Assembly: GCA_030141605.1 (NCBI GenBank)
Contig: JAQGDQ010000932.1
Coordinates: 15,580-79,579, forward strand
Source: Tubiluchus corallicola
Taxonomy: Eukaryota > Animalia > Priapulida
Length of the DNA: 64,000 nucleotides
Direction of reading: 5' to 3'
The stretch's first letter is position 1. Each line of letters opens with the position of its first letter. Both the position numbers and the translations under genes were made by a program. Below the pieces are notes generated by a model, which was not told where the DNA came from, ran no database searches, and saw nothing but the letters and a program-made list of their open reading frames with translations. Shown here piece by piece: positions 14,401-25,585 of the stretch.

Positions 14401-17400
14401 TTTAAAATGAGATTGATTGCTGGCAAAGAGCCAAGGATTATCAACAATTCATTGATTAAAATCAAATATCTGTTTCTTTTAAAGTGCGTTACTACCGTTT
14501 TTTACGCCAATTTGAGCAACCACAGACAACACTGATTGGTTAATCGACAAAGTCCATCCCCATCGCCCGTAGTAACCGTAAGTAACCGATTTTCTTTTTT
14601 TACTCTTTAGGGAGATAGGAGGAAGGAGAAACGAAAGATAGATGAAGCTAGACTGACAGCACATGAGACATCTAGTGGCCAGAACGGAAAACTTAAAACA
14701 GTAAAATGGAAAAATGACTTTCGAAAACATAAGAGACGCTTAAAGTCAATAGAAAATAACGACATAGTTAAAAGTGAATTAGATGCTGTGACCTCCAAAT
14801 GCGTGGACATAGATTTCGATAGAAACGGTACAAGTAAGAAGAAATGTGACACTATTAGCACAGCACATGAGACATCTAGTGGCCAGGACGGAAAACTTAC
14901 AACTGCTAAACGAAAAAAAGACATTCGAAAACATAAGAGGCGCTTAAAATCAATGGAAAATAAAGACGTAATTAAAAGTGAATTAGATTCTGCGGCTTCT
15001 GATGATGTGGATGTAGGTGATGATAGAAACAGTGCATGTAAGAACAAAGATAGTAGCATTAGTGAGGTTTTAGCAAGCGAATTACAAGATACAAGTAACT
15101 CGGATAGTGAAAGAGAATCATTGGAAGAAGGTGAGTGTTCCTCAACTACAGACAGCAGTAGTGACGACAGTGATTGGAATCGTATAGAAACCATCAGCGA
15201 TGGCGCACTGTCCGAGGAAGATACAGAGATGGCAGAAGATGCTGACGGTAAGTTTTTTCTTTTTTTTTGGAAATTTCATAATTGTAGCTAATACATTTTG
15301 CAAGTTCTTTCGATAATCTCAGAAACATTCCACCCACTGTCTTTTCATTACTTGGCTCCACAATTTCAATACGAAATGCTGTTAAAAATCGTTTTTCATA
15401 GAGCAGCTTCCCGCTTGAAATTGTTTTGAAACTAAAAAAGTTGTTTAGTGCACCTCAGTGAAGCTTTAAGCTGATTCAGTAATTTTGCAGTTAAATTTTA
15501 GCTGATTCAGTAATTTTATGGCTAAATTTTAGCTGATTCAGTAATTTTGTGGCTAAATTTCAGCTGATTCAATAATTTTACGGCTAAATTTTTAGCTGAT
15601 TCAGTAATTTTATGGCTAAATTTTAGCTGATTTAGTAATTTTGCAGCTAAATTTCAGCTGATTCAATAATTTTACAGCTACATTTTTTTTAGCTGATTCA
15701 GTAATTTGACTGCTAAATTTGAGCTGATTCAGTAATTTTATGGCTAAATTATAGCTGATTCAGTGATTTTTGCTGATTCTTACTGAACTGCTTTTCTTCT
15801 TACATCTTACTGTTGCCCAAGCTTAAAGCACTAGAAAACCCTCCACTTACATAAAACTGAAAAAAATTTGTCTTGGAATTTTATACCACTTAAGTGATTA
15901 CCTTATTGCGTGCAGGACTTGTGTCGACAAGTAGCGCTGTATAAAACTTGTTAATTTAAACTCCCGGGCTGACCGTTAGATGCAGCCATTTTAACAAGAA
16001 GTCATTTGAAATGAGTTTAGACAACATTGAAAAAACAATCAGGGCATTCATAACACATGTTGCTAATTAAATAAAATTTTAAATTACTGTGTCTTGTCAA
16101 TAAGTTTAAAAATAAGTTTTTAGTTATCGAGTGGCGCGCCCTGGATGGTGAGTCAGCGACATTTTACCAATTGGCACGAACATTTTAAATTGTTATTTGT
16201 AGTTACGTAAGTCTTTCTAGCAGTTAAGCGAAATGCTAAGTAACACAATTTTGCATGGAAAGTTTTTTGGACATAATTTAACATTTTCTTTTCTTTCTCT
16301 GATTCACCTTGCGCATATATGACATCATGTAATGGCGACTTCAGAACAATATTGCAGGAGATTTAAAATGAAAACATACAAAAATTCCTTTCAACACGAG
16401 CACAATATGTGCATAAAATTGCTGTCAAGTAGTATAATTTTTAAAGCGATTTTTCTGAAATCTATTTTAGGTGCCCCCTTTTCTTGTCCTTTAACTTTTT
16501 CAGAGCCCGAAATTTTCTAAACTCTATCATTCGAACAGATACAGGAATGTAACATACTTTTTTAGAATTGTCATCGCAATGGCCACCATGCATACGGGTA
16601 ATTGTCAAAATGGCGGAAACTGTCCCGCTTGGCACGCTGTTCATCATCACGTGTACCGGAGCAAACATAGGAAGAGAAAAATCCTGTCTAGTCACCATTC
16701 CAGAACTTGGCATTAGCAAGGTGTGCTTCACTTTTAAACATGGCTTTGACTTAATGAGTTACTTTTTCGGGAAGCTAATTATTCCTAAAAGATTGTTTTT
16801 GTTCTTAACTCGGAATGTGGCTTTGTAATATGTAAGTGTAGGCTTATGAAATGTCTGCTTAAGTGTGGAGGTGTCTGCCAGGTTGTGGAGTCGGTTCATT
16901 AAATTCCTGACTCTGGCTCCGACTCCGACTTTTACTCCGACTCGTAAAATTTTAGGAGCCGCTACTCCCGACTCCAACTCCGGCTCGCGCTAAAGAGATT
17001 TCCCATATTTCTCGTGGCAAATGCAAAAACAAAGTGAAAGTAGGAATGCAAGTTGCATAGAAAATAAAATTCCAGGAAGAACTTCTATTAAGGTCGCGAA
17101 AAGCTGAAAAATTCTGCTTAGTTTTGTCGGAAAGTAATAAACGAGGAAAATTCCATCTCTGGTATGCATTAAATTTGCGGAAGAGTCGGAAATCGGGCCA
17201 ATTCCATTTTTTGTAGCTATTTCCATTTCAGTTGCATAATACTAACCAAAAATGTCAATTTTCTATCGTATTAGTGATTGTGATAAATTAAGTGGCTTCG
17301 CAGCATCAAATTTTTCAAGTTCACATTGGGTTTCTTGTTGTACAGGTTCATGCTGAGGTCACATTTCATGAAGAATCTGGTCAGTACGTGGTAAAAGACT

Positions 17401-20155
17401 GTGGTAGCCAAAACGGAACATTCCTGAATGACCATAGGCTATCAGAGGTTTGCTTTTGTTTTTACTGTCCAGTGTCCGACAGATTCTTACCTTTTGTTTC
17501 CTGTATTCTGTCCTGAAGACTTTGATTCTTATAGATTTATCTGCCATAGTTACATAAGTGCTTCCAACTTAGCCACTGGGGGGGGGGGGGTAAGCCAGCC
17601 CAACTCAGTGCCGGTCCCAAGCCCGGATAAATAGGGAGGGTTAGGGTCAGGAAGGGCATCCGCCTGTAAAAACTGCGCCAAAACCTTCTATGAATGAGTC
17701 GGTGAGACTTAAAGGGAAAGTCCACAAAGAAGTGGTCAGACCCGCTCTAATCTATGGGCTGGAAGCAGCTTCTCTAAAGAAGACCGAAGAGAAGAAAATG
17801 GGTGTGGTGGAGATGAGGATGTTGAGATGGATGGTGGGAATAACAAGAAGAGATAAAATTAGAAATGATAATATCAGAGGAACAGTAAAAGTAGTGGAAG
17901 CCTCGCAAGATTGCGATGGTATGGACACCTGAAAAAAAGAGTAGGTGAAGATCATGTGGGAAGGGAAGACATAAATGAAGAGATGGTTAACAACAGGAAT
18001 GCGTGGAGAAGACTCATTCACAACGGCGACCCCGAATAGGGAAAAGCGGGGAAGAAGAAGAAGAAGAAGTTAGATAAGTGCTTCTGTGAGAAGCTTTTAT
18101 TAACTCCTTCAGGTCCACTCCATTCACAATACGTCTTATAAGACCTGATGACTTTTCTACTACTGTATGAGGACAGACATAACTTAATTATTACAAATTA
18201 GGTACTGTTCTATTCAGGAGAATCTCGGTTGTCCAATGACATTATTTGTTTAAGCGTTTTTAAGTGATTTAATTGGATAAAATTAAGAAAAACACGCCCT
18301 TTTCGGGTACTCCATCTTGGCCTATTGAGTAGATTAGTCTGGTGTACACTTGTGTGATTGTATGCACTATTTTATTGATCACCTGCTTGCTACAGCCCAA
18401 GCTGTGCATTGTTCTGCTGCTATTCCAGGAAAAAAACAGCCAATCAGCCAAGGACAAATTAAGGTCGTTTCATCTTTCAGCAGAAATTTCTCCTTAAAAA
18501 TAGATTAGACTTGAGGTCAAAGTTTATCAGAGTGTTGTGTCTGGATAGTTGAAATTTTCTGCATTAGCCGATTTCACACAAGTGATACTGCGCATTGTTA
18601 CCGTGCAAACACTGCAGTTACTAAAAGATCTTTTCAATTTATTTGTTAAAAATCCATTTTTAATTTCTCAAAGGTAAGCTAATGCATTTCGTACGTAATT
18701 TTGCATGAAAGTCCATTGTATGAGGAATAGAACCGTACAAAAATTATCAAATATAATTGAATCACGCTTAGTGAGAGCAGTTTTCATGAACTCAAGCAGA
18801 ATGCATCAAATGTTTATGGTTTTGAAGGGTTAACAGGGAGATCATTACTATAAGCACTTGCTTAGTTCTGCTGCTCTTCATGTACAATACAAAACGAAAA
18901 CAGAAAAGGATGGTGTTCCTATTTTCATGCTTAACGGCTTATTTTTAAATAGGCTGTAGGTGTTTCCCCATCTGTGGTAAACAATGTTATTCATAAGTGA
19001 GATTTAAAACAATAAGATTAACAGTCTTGCTACCTTGCAGCAGGGGTGAGCATTCTCTACCCCAGAAAGCGAATTCGAATCGAACCGAATTTGTGACTTT
19101 CGAATTCGAATCGAACCGAACTTTAGTGTTTCGAATTCGAACCGAATTCGAATAGAGATTGAACGATTTTCAAACCACCAGTAAAAATTAGTCTTACAAA
19201 GATCATGCATATCACTAGATTTTGTTCTGCAACAAAACGACTAGTAATTTGATTAAAGTTGTGCACAGAAATAACAACTAAATTATGTTAATTGCATGAT
19301 GTTTCATTCGTTTTAATGAGCAGGAACATATGTGATTGAAGTGCTGAATTATTCGAATCTATAGTTTTGGATTCGAATCGAGTTCGAACTAAAAAAAAAC
19401 GTTCGATGCTCACTCCTAATTTGCAGGGCCGGTGCGCAGTAAAAATGTCACAGGATTTTTACCAACTTTTCCATTTGTGTCATTGTTTCCTGTGCCGTTT
19501 TTGCCTGTGTCATTTTTACGTGTGCCACTTTTACCTATTCAAAAATAAGCCGTTAAACATCAAAATAGGAACACCGTCTTTTTCTCTTTTCGTTTTTCTT
19601 TTGCACAACCTCATTGTAACCGCTTCCTGCTTCTTACAGACAAAGACAGTAAGCGAAACACTTCCGCTGACACACGGAGACGTGTTGAGATTAGGAGAGA
19701 ATGTTGTGTTGCTGCTTCACATACATCAGTCTACGGAAACTTGCAACGAATGTGAACCGGGTCAAGTGCAGGCAGAAGTTGCCAAGCAACGAAATCCTGT
19801 GAAAGGTAAAAAACTCGAAAGGATGGAAATGCGGAGTTTTGTCACGCTGTTTTTCCGTCGTGTTCATTGTCTGAATACTTTTATTTCGGAACAAAGTCTT
19901 TTACCGAAACGATCGGGGGAGGGGGGGGGGCGTATCAAAACTTTCTGACGCCCTAGGCTGATACTTATGTTCTGCCCATCTGTATTGTGAATTTGTTGTT
20001 GTTTATGTTTTAGCAGATTAAACAATTACTTGTGGTGTGTTAGATTACCCTGGTCATTATTAATTACATATTTGCGTAGTGCTGATATTCAAACAGGCTG
20101 CGCAACTAGTTATCTACTTTTTTGTCTAAATTATACTACTACTAGTACTACTGTG

Positions 20156-20220
<65 letters not shown>

Positions 20221-20270
20221 CACTACCACTACTATTACTACTACCACTACTACTACCACTACCACTACTA

Positions 20271-20364
<94 letters not shown>

Positions 20365-20450
20365 CACTACCACTACTATTACTACTACCACTACAATTAC
20401 TACTACCACTACTACTACCACTACTACTGCTACTACCACTACTAGTACTA

Positions 20451-20538
<88 letters not shown>

Positions 20539-20546
20539 CACTACCA

Positions 20547-20619
<73 letters not shown>

Positions 20620-23600
20620 ACTACTGCTGCTGCTGCTGCTGCCGCCGCCGCCGTTATTATTATTATTATTATTATTATTAAAACTATTATACTTTTGATG
20701 AAGATTGATAGTGCACTACTTTTCATAAAGATGAATGACATCATCGGAAGAAGAACAGGCTTGTTTCATTCATTTCATTAGTAAATTTTCCATTTTTAGA
20801 CATAGTGGTTTTGTCCACGGCCGATAAAGATCGTTTACGTAGGTTGCAGCTAAAGCAAATCAAGAAAAGATATGGACTAAAGGCAAGTTCTTTTTTCTTT
20901 TTCATTATTTTTTCTTTTTTATTATTCCGGATTTTTGCAGGATGTGGTTTTAGTAGCTATTGTTAAACCAATAAGCCTATTAATCTCTTCACTTCCATTC
21001 ACTTAGTATTGCAGCAGGCGTGGAGGACATTTTGCAAAAAGGAAAACTTGCCACTGCTACATGCACTTTTACGGATCACAGATTATAGCAACTTTTGCCT
21101 CGTCGCCATCAGTTTTACTGTCACACATCACTGCCACGACCACGACTGTCGACGCCGCCCATATTTTCCACTGCTGCCACCATCAGTTGCTGTCCACTGC
21201 CGCTATGGCGAGTACCACCATTTTCATCAGCATCTTCGTCACGCTGTTTCAAAAGTAGTTTTTTTTGTGGTACAATTCAAAGCATCTTGCAAAATGTAGG
21301 TGTAAGGAAAGGGTGAAATTTTGAAGGATAATTTGATACTTTAAAGGGGGAGAAGCTCTCAATGTCTGAGGTTCCTGAATTACCGTCCCTTTAGTAACCA
21401 AAACTGAAAAAGCTTGAATAAAAAGAGATACGTATTTATATGCAGACCACTGTACTTACTTTTCTTACCAATCTACGGCCATGTCACGTTGAAAACACCA
21501 GTTCTCGTCTGATCACCGAAGTTAAGCAACGTTGGGCCTGGTTAGTATTTGGATGGGTGACAGCCTAGGAATACCAGGTGCTGTAGGCTTGCGAGATGCC
21601 CACACTGCATCTCGACATTAGGCAGAAGAGCTGCACAAGCAGCCAACGGCTGGAGGGCGGAGGAGGTCAAGTAACCCAACAACCATGTGTAGAGTAAGCC
21701 TTTCAAAACAGGAGTGGAGCCCCGAAGGTGGGCCAGTGCAACATGCTCACTGACTCCGGCAGATCCTGCAGCCAACCTGGTGCCAAACGTATCTCTCCGC
21801 TTTCCTTTGGACTACACCAGGGAGGAAGAGAGGGGGTTCCTGTTGTCTGGGCAACTCAAGATCTCCATACACCTTGTCCAGGCATGCGCCCTGGAGAGGC
21901 CACTCCAGTGGTTCAAGGATCGGATTGTTCAGCCACAGTCGATGCTGCAGCTCCGTTAGTGTGATCAATAACTGACTCTCTTGGCGCACGCTTCATTGTC
22001 TTTCTTCCGAGACAGAAGGATGCCAACAACCATACTTACTTGCGTTTTAAATTGCTAGAAAAGGAGAAACAGTTAATTGCAATACTAACATATATATTTT
22101 GCAATATTTACATACACGAACACCATCAATAACAGTGTAACAAACAAACAATATTAATTGACGTGAGCCTAAACATTTATGAAAACTAATCTTAGATACG
22201 TCATCTAACTAGGGTAATGTTCTGCGTTCTCTAACACACAGTATCTACACATTATGAGCGATTTAGTTTGGCAGAAGGCTGTTATAACATACGTTAAATA
22301 TCTAAAAAATAGGTTAGGTACAAGTTTAAGATCACGTATGTCATGGAAGGTCAAAATTACATATGAATGTGGCTTCAACAACATTATGACACTTGCAACA
22401 GTCCACGACAATAGGATGAAGAGCAAGTCACAACACAGCACACTGCAGTGCACATTCAATAATAACAGCAATCTTTTCAAGTTTTGCCAACGTTTGGCTA
22501 GAGGGATTTTGCGGCTTATGTATTAACTTTTTGGCCGATAGAGGACAGCACCACTGTAGTAGGCTGACTCATGGTGTATGCAGGGTATCATTGTTACTTG
22601 CGCATGTTTCTGTTAATTTGCACATGAAGTATGATGGCACAGTCTTGTCATTTAGGCAGTGAAATGGTACAAGAGAAAATTTCATATTTGATTCCAGTTT
22701 TCTTATGAAATTCACATTGGTGTTAAACATATTTGCCAGCGACTTTACTCTAAAGACGGTGTCGTTTTTCATTAGTTATATTTAAATATGTTATTTGCAC
22801 TTGGATTTTTTAAGCAGAAACGGGGGCGTATCGAGACTTTGCGATGCCCCAGGCTAATCAAACAATTACTTGTGGCGTATTAGAAATACTATTAACCTAA
22901 TTTCTACATGGTCATTATTAATTGCATGCATTTGGATAGTGCTTATATCCAAGCAGCCTATGCAATACTTTGAGTAATACTTTCCACCTGTTCCTTATGT
23001 GGCACTTATATAACAGCTTCTCTCAGTAAGTGCCTGTGGTGCGTTATAAATACGTCCTTTACATGAATATAAAAGTATACGCATTTTCCGAGGAGAATAA
23101 GAATTTTTGCTAAATGTGCCGCCCTGAAATTTTTGCGCCCTAGGCTATAGCGTATTGGTTAATATGCCTCTAAGCGGAAATGGAAAACATTTCTGATTAA
23201 AAACAATTTCTATGTAATCAGGATGCTGCGTATGTTGACGACACACCAGCTATTTCCAAGTTGGGCTACAAGGACAAAGCAGAGGAAAGACGCAAAGAAA
23301 AGGGAAGCGATAACCCGCATAAGATAGACGAGGCCCCCTCTTCCATTGATAGGTATGTTTTGGTTGAAACTTACTTGTTTAGCTAGTGAAATTAGTTCAT
23401 CACAGCGATCTTCATCATCATCATCTCCGGAGTCAGTTTGATGAAGATTGCTGTGAAGTAATTTCACGTCCTCTGACACGACCTTTGCTATCACTTCAGA
23501 CCACATTGTCCAGTCACCCATAACTTCCCATGTCTCTGTATTTTTGATATCTAATGGTTAGTTGTAAGATCTTTTTGGATAAAAGTGATGTAAGTCAGCA

Positions 23601-25585
23601 GCTGTCCTCCTTGTGGTTTCTTTTCTTGCTGCAGTGCTTCTTTAAAAACTAGTTTTCATGGACTGTCATCTTGTAGTCGCATAATATGTCCTATCCATCT
23701 TGATCTTCTTTTTGATTTTAACTGTCCCGTGTCCATCCCTCTACCTTGACTTTATTATGCAGATTTTGGTTTGATATTTTCTTTGGCCATTTTATTCCTA
23801 GAATGTTCCTGTAATTTCTTCCTTGAAAAGCATCAATTTCTGATTTGTGTTTTGCTTTAATTGTCCGTAATTCTGTGTCTTAGAGAAACACAGTTTCCAC
23901 AAGTGCAGCAAAGATTCTTAATTTTGTATCTAGACTAATCCTCGACTTTCAAAATTTTTTGTTAATTTACAATATGCAGCTAGAGCTAAGATTTTTTTTT
24001 CTTCACATATCTTCATCTGTTGCTAGGAGACAGTCTTGCAAGAGCAAGAACAAAGTGGTTATGAATGTTTTGTACAAATGATCTTTGATATTTTCTTATC
24101 ACAGGCATCTTTCCACTGAGAACAAGGGTTTCAAACTTCTGAAAGGCATGGGCTGGAAAGAGGGCGAGTCTCTCGGGAAAGGAAATGTTGGCATTACGGA
24201 ACCGGTAATCACCTTTTGTGGTTTATTTATCAACAGAATTTGACAATTACTCGATAAGTTTAAGACGCGCTTGACCCAGAGAGTGAAGCATTTTATAAAA
24301 ACGTTCCATAAAAACATATCGAGCGTTACATAAATAATAATATCTCTTTCATGTTTATTTACTGATTCCTTCTTTATGATTTTTGACTGGGAGGTATATA
24401 GCAACTCCTCACTTAACAACACTAATGCGTTCCAACCGAATGCGACGTTAAGTGAAACGCCGTTAAAGGAAACTAAAACTTTCATAGAAAGAAATGTAAA
24501 AGAATTGAATTACGTTCCAGAGGCAATACCAATCCTGCTTAAATCATATAAATTAAACATTTTACGAGTTTCTTTATGATTCCTACTAATTATTTTTTTT
24601 CTGCTTGCTTGAAATCACCAATCTTTCGTACCAATATGTACCTAGTTTGCAGTTTCTCTTTCATTAAGGTTTAAGCCTAGGCAGCCATTAAACAATAAGC
24701 ACTGCAGAGTCAAAGCCAAGTGCTGCATGAGGCGACCTTGGAAATTTTATCATACCAGAGTACTGTATCATTTACTACGTAGTCTGGTTGCTATAGCAAC
24801 AGGTTGCAGGAAGAATTCCTTCCCACAAAGTTTGTTCACACGCCTCGTTTGATAGAAAGGGCAGCTAGTATAGTAGTCAGTCTGGAAGGAAAAACATGTA
24901 TAAAAATTACACTGTTTATGTTACTGTTGCACTTTTAAATGAGAGCAACGCAACATGTGCCATTTTAATGCTTCAATTTAAGCAAAAAAGTTGTTGATAA
25001 AATGAAAATTGGGTTTCAGCAAAGTAAAAAAATGTTATTAAAATGAAACGTGTGTCGTGAATTGAGAAAAAGGTGTCGAACGTTCAGCGTCGTCAAAACA
25101 AAATGACTCTAAACGGGGACTTGGCTATATGTAATTTTTACATAGTTGTTTAAATCAGTTGTAAATGTTTTTATCCATTTCTGCTAAATGTTCTGTATTT
25201 TGTACTAGTTTTCTTGTATATGATTATATGACATATCATATATTTCCTTTAAGTGCTACATGCAGCACAAACACTTCACCTTTTCTTGATATCGTTTTAG
25301 GTAAATGTTGCAATGAGGACAGGTACCGGTGGTCTGGGGTCTAAGGCGTCTGTTAAACTGTCACTGGACAACGTGCGTAGTAAATCGAAAGCCGAAAACT
25401 GGGCCCGAGCTAGAGCGCGTTTCGAAAAGCTGACCGGCGTTGAACCAGATGGTGCTGATGGTACTCCGTCAGGTGCTCCAAAGTCAGAGCATCTTGTCGA
25501 CGAAAAAGATGTGGCGACATTTGCAGGGAGAGGCGATAGTTCCGCAGTGGCAGGGAAGTTGGATGTGTCAGGGAATTCTTCGTGA
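8282..25585 (+). CDS. AGGF1: Angiogenic factor with G-patch and FHA domains 1 (12 coding exons, ~776 aa)
   Basis: Exons 8282-8467, 9297-9461, 10003-10122, 10901-11101, 14611-15247, 16566-16720, 17346-17447, 19640-19805, 20800-20882, 23222-23352, 24105-24204 and 25301-25585 join with consistent phases (2331 nt, divisible by 3). Domain order matches AGGF1: N-terminal coiled coil, OCRE (SIAESLKATAEAAVLQSGYVYDENSGLYYD...YYDPRTGAYY), FHA (WPPCIRVIV..IGRE..SKVHAE..DCGSQNGTFLN..HGDVL), G-patch (NKGFKLLKGMGWKEGESLGK..GLG) and the C-terminal NWARARARF motif. The start could be ATG 8282 or 8300. Confidence 0.93.
9297..9461 (+). CDS. AGGF1: AGGF1 exon 2
   Basis: TTAG|GTG acceptor and ACA|GTAAGT donor; VERLQKEL..KDVAIQ. 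Confidence 0.8.
10003..10122 (+). CDS. AGGF1: AGGF1 exon 3 (OCRE start)
   Basis: TTTTAG|GTA..TCG|GTAAGA; VSIAESLKATAEAAVLQSGYVYDENSGLYYDYNTGCYYDS. Confidence 0.92.
10217..10790 (+). mobile_element. TTAAAGG-terminated non-autonomous DNA element (Kolobok/Crypton-like), partial
   Basis: Begins TTAAAGGAAAATAGTACGATTTTTC; homologous inverted copies at ~37140-37544 and ~41985-42240. Confidence 0.6.
10901..11101 (+). CDS. AGGF1: AGGF1 exon 4 (OCRE end)
   Basis: TTTAG|GAG..GAG|GTACGT; ERALYYDPRTGAYYTYDQSGQTYLFHSQVQL. Confidence 0.92.
11183..11787. mobile_element. Dispersed repeat with short TATAAGAT..ATCTTATA termini
   Basis: The 5' part is shared with 33804-34070 (TATAAGATTCGAGGCTACAGCTC..ATGGGTGGTGCTGGC..GATAGATAGCCCGTTCAGC). 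Confidence 0.6.
12300..12584. mobile_element. hAT-like MITE (TIR (C/T)AGGGGTGAGCAT)
   Basis: TIRs visible; second copy at 19041-19417 with TTCGAA subterminal repeats. Confidence 0.7.
12842..13448 (-). mobile_element. MITE family A, inverted copy
   Basis: Reverse-complement similarity to 6383-7053; both TIRs present. Confidence 0.8.
13735..14300. repeat. 31-bp minisatellite (ATTTTACAGCTAAATTTTAGCTGATTCAGTA), ~18 units
   Basis: Directly visible tandem array. Confidence 0.95.
14611..15247 (+). CDS. AGGF1: AGGF1 exon 5 (basic/acidic linker)
   Basis: Polypyrimidine tract with TTTAG acceptor, 637-nt open frame, G|GTAAGT donor in phase 1; acidic SLEEGECSS stretch. Confidence 0.85.
15465..15780. 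repeat. Same 31-bp minisatellite, ~10 more diverged units
   Basis: Directly visible. Confidence 0.9.
16566..16720 (+). CDS. AGGF1: AGGF1 exon 6 (FHA)
   Basis: TTTAG|AA; WPPCIRVIV..LFIITCTGANIGRE..IPELGISK|GTGTGC. Confidence 0.92.
17346..17447 (+). CDS. AGGF1: AGGF1 exon 7 (FHA)
   Basis: TACAG|GTT; VHAEVTF..DCGSQNGTFLN..SE|GTTTGC. Confidence 0.92.
17565..18067 (+). mobile_element. Bipartite non-autonomous RTE derivative with (GAA)n tail and 17-bp TSD
   Basis: RTE-type 5' segment (CCCAAGCCCGGATAAA..GGAAGGGCATCCG..AAAAACT) fused to an RTE 3' coding remnant and a GAAGAAGAA tail. TSD AGTTA(C/G)ATAAGTGCTTC at 17548-17564 / 18068-18084. Confidence 0.85.
19041..19417. mobile_element. hAT-like MITE, same family as 12300-12584
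   Basis: CAGGGGTGAGCAT..ATGCTCACTCCTA; flanks CCTTGCAG / ATTTGCAG. Confidence 0.7.
19640..19805 (+). CDS. AGGF1: AGGF1 exon 8
   Basis: TTACAG|ACA; LTHGDVLRLGE..LHIH..TCNECEPGQVQA; G|GTAAAA. Confidence 0.92.
20135..20680. repeat. (ACT)n microsatellite followed by (GCT)/(GCC)/(TTA) runs
   Basis: Directly visible; intronic. Confidence 0.95.
20800..20882 (+). CDS. AGGF1: AGGF1 exon 9
   Basis: TTTTTAG|AC; LSTADKDRLRRLQLKQIKKRYGLK; non-canonical donor AAG|GCAAGT. Confidence 0.85.
21471..22030 (+). mobile_element. 5S rRNA-derived SINE (SINE3-type), longer copy
   Basis: ~120-nt 5S-like head at 21471-21590 (A box AGTTAAGC, C box TGGATGGG) with no T4 terminator, followed by a ~440-nt body ending GAAGGATGCCAACAAC; homologous to 3588-3933. 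Confidence 0.88.
23222..23352 (+). CDS. AGGF1: AGGF1 exon 10
   Basis: CAG|GAT; GYKDKAEERRKEKGSD (YxDRAxxRR motif that precedes G-patch); AG|GTATGT in phase 2. Confidence 0.88.
23520..24030 (-). mobile_element. Old RTE-clade LINE fragment
   Basis: Minus-strand translation contains TKLRIF and RWIGHIMR, typical RTE C-terminal motifs, with frameshifts. Confidence 0.65.
24105..24204 (+). CDS. AGGF1: AGGF1 exon 11 (G-patch)
   Basis: ACAG|G; NKGFKLLKGMGWKEGESLGKGNVGITEP|GTAATC. Confidence 0.93.
25301..25585 (+). CDS. AGGF1: AGGF1 last exon
   Basis: TTTTAG|GTA; MRTGTGGLGS..NWARARARFEKL; TGA at 25583-25585. Confidence 0.9.
   Translation, partial: VNVAMRTGTGGLGSKASVKLSLDNVRSKSKAENWARARARFEKLTGVEPDGADGTPSGAPKSEHLVDEKDVATFAGRGDSSAVAGKLDVSGNSS

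Noticed and set aside
20030-20698. Mucin-like poly-Thr ORF
   Set aside because: Intronic (ACT)n repeat; the flanking AGGF1 exons join in phase without it.
21471-21590. Functional 5S rRNA gene
   Set aside because: Diverged, has no Pol III terminator, and continues into a body shared with another dispersed, TSD-flanked copy.
22150-22790. Additional minus-strand LINE (L2-like) remnant
   Set aside because: Only faint motif resemblance; not supportable without a search.
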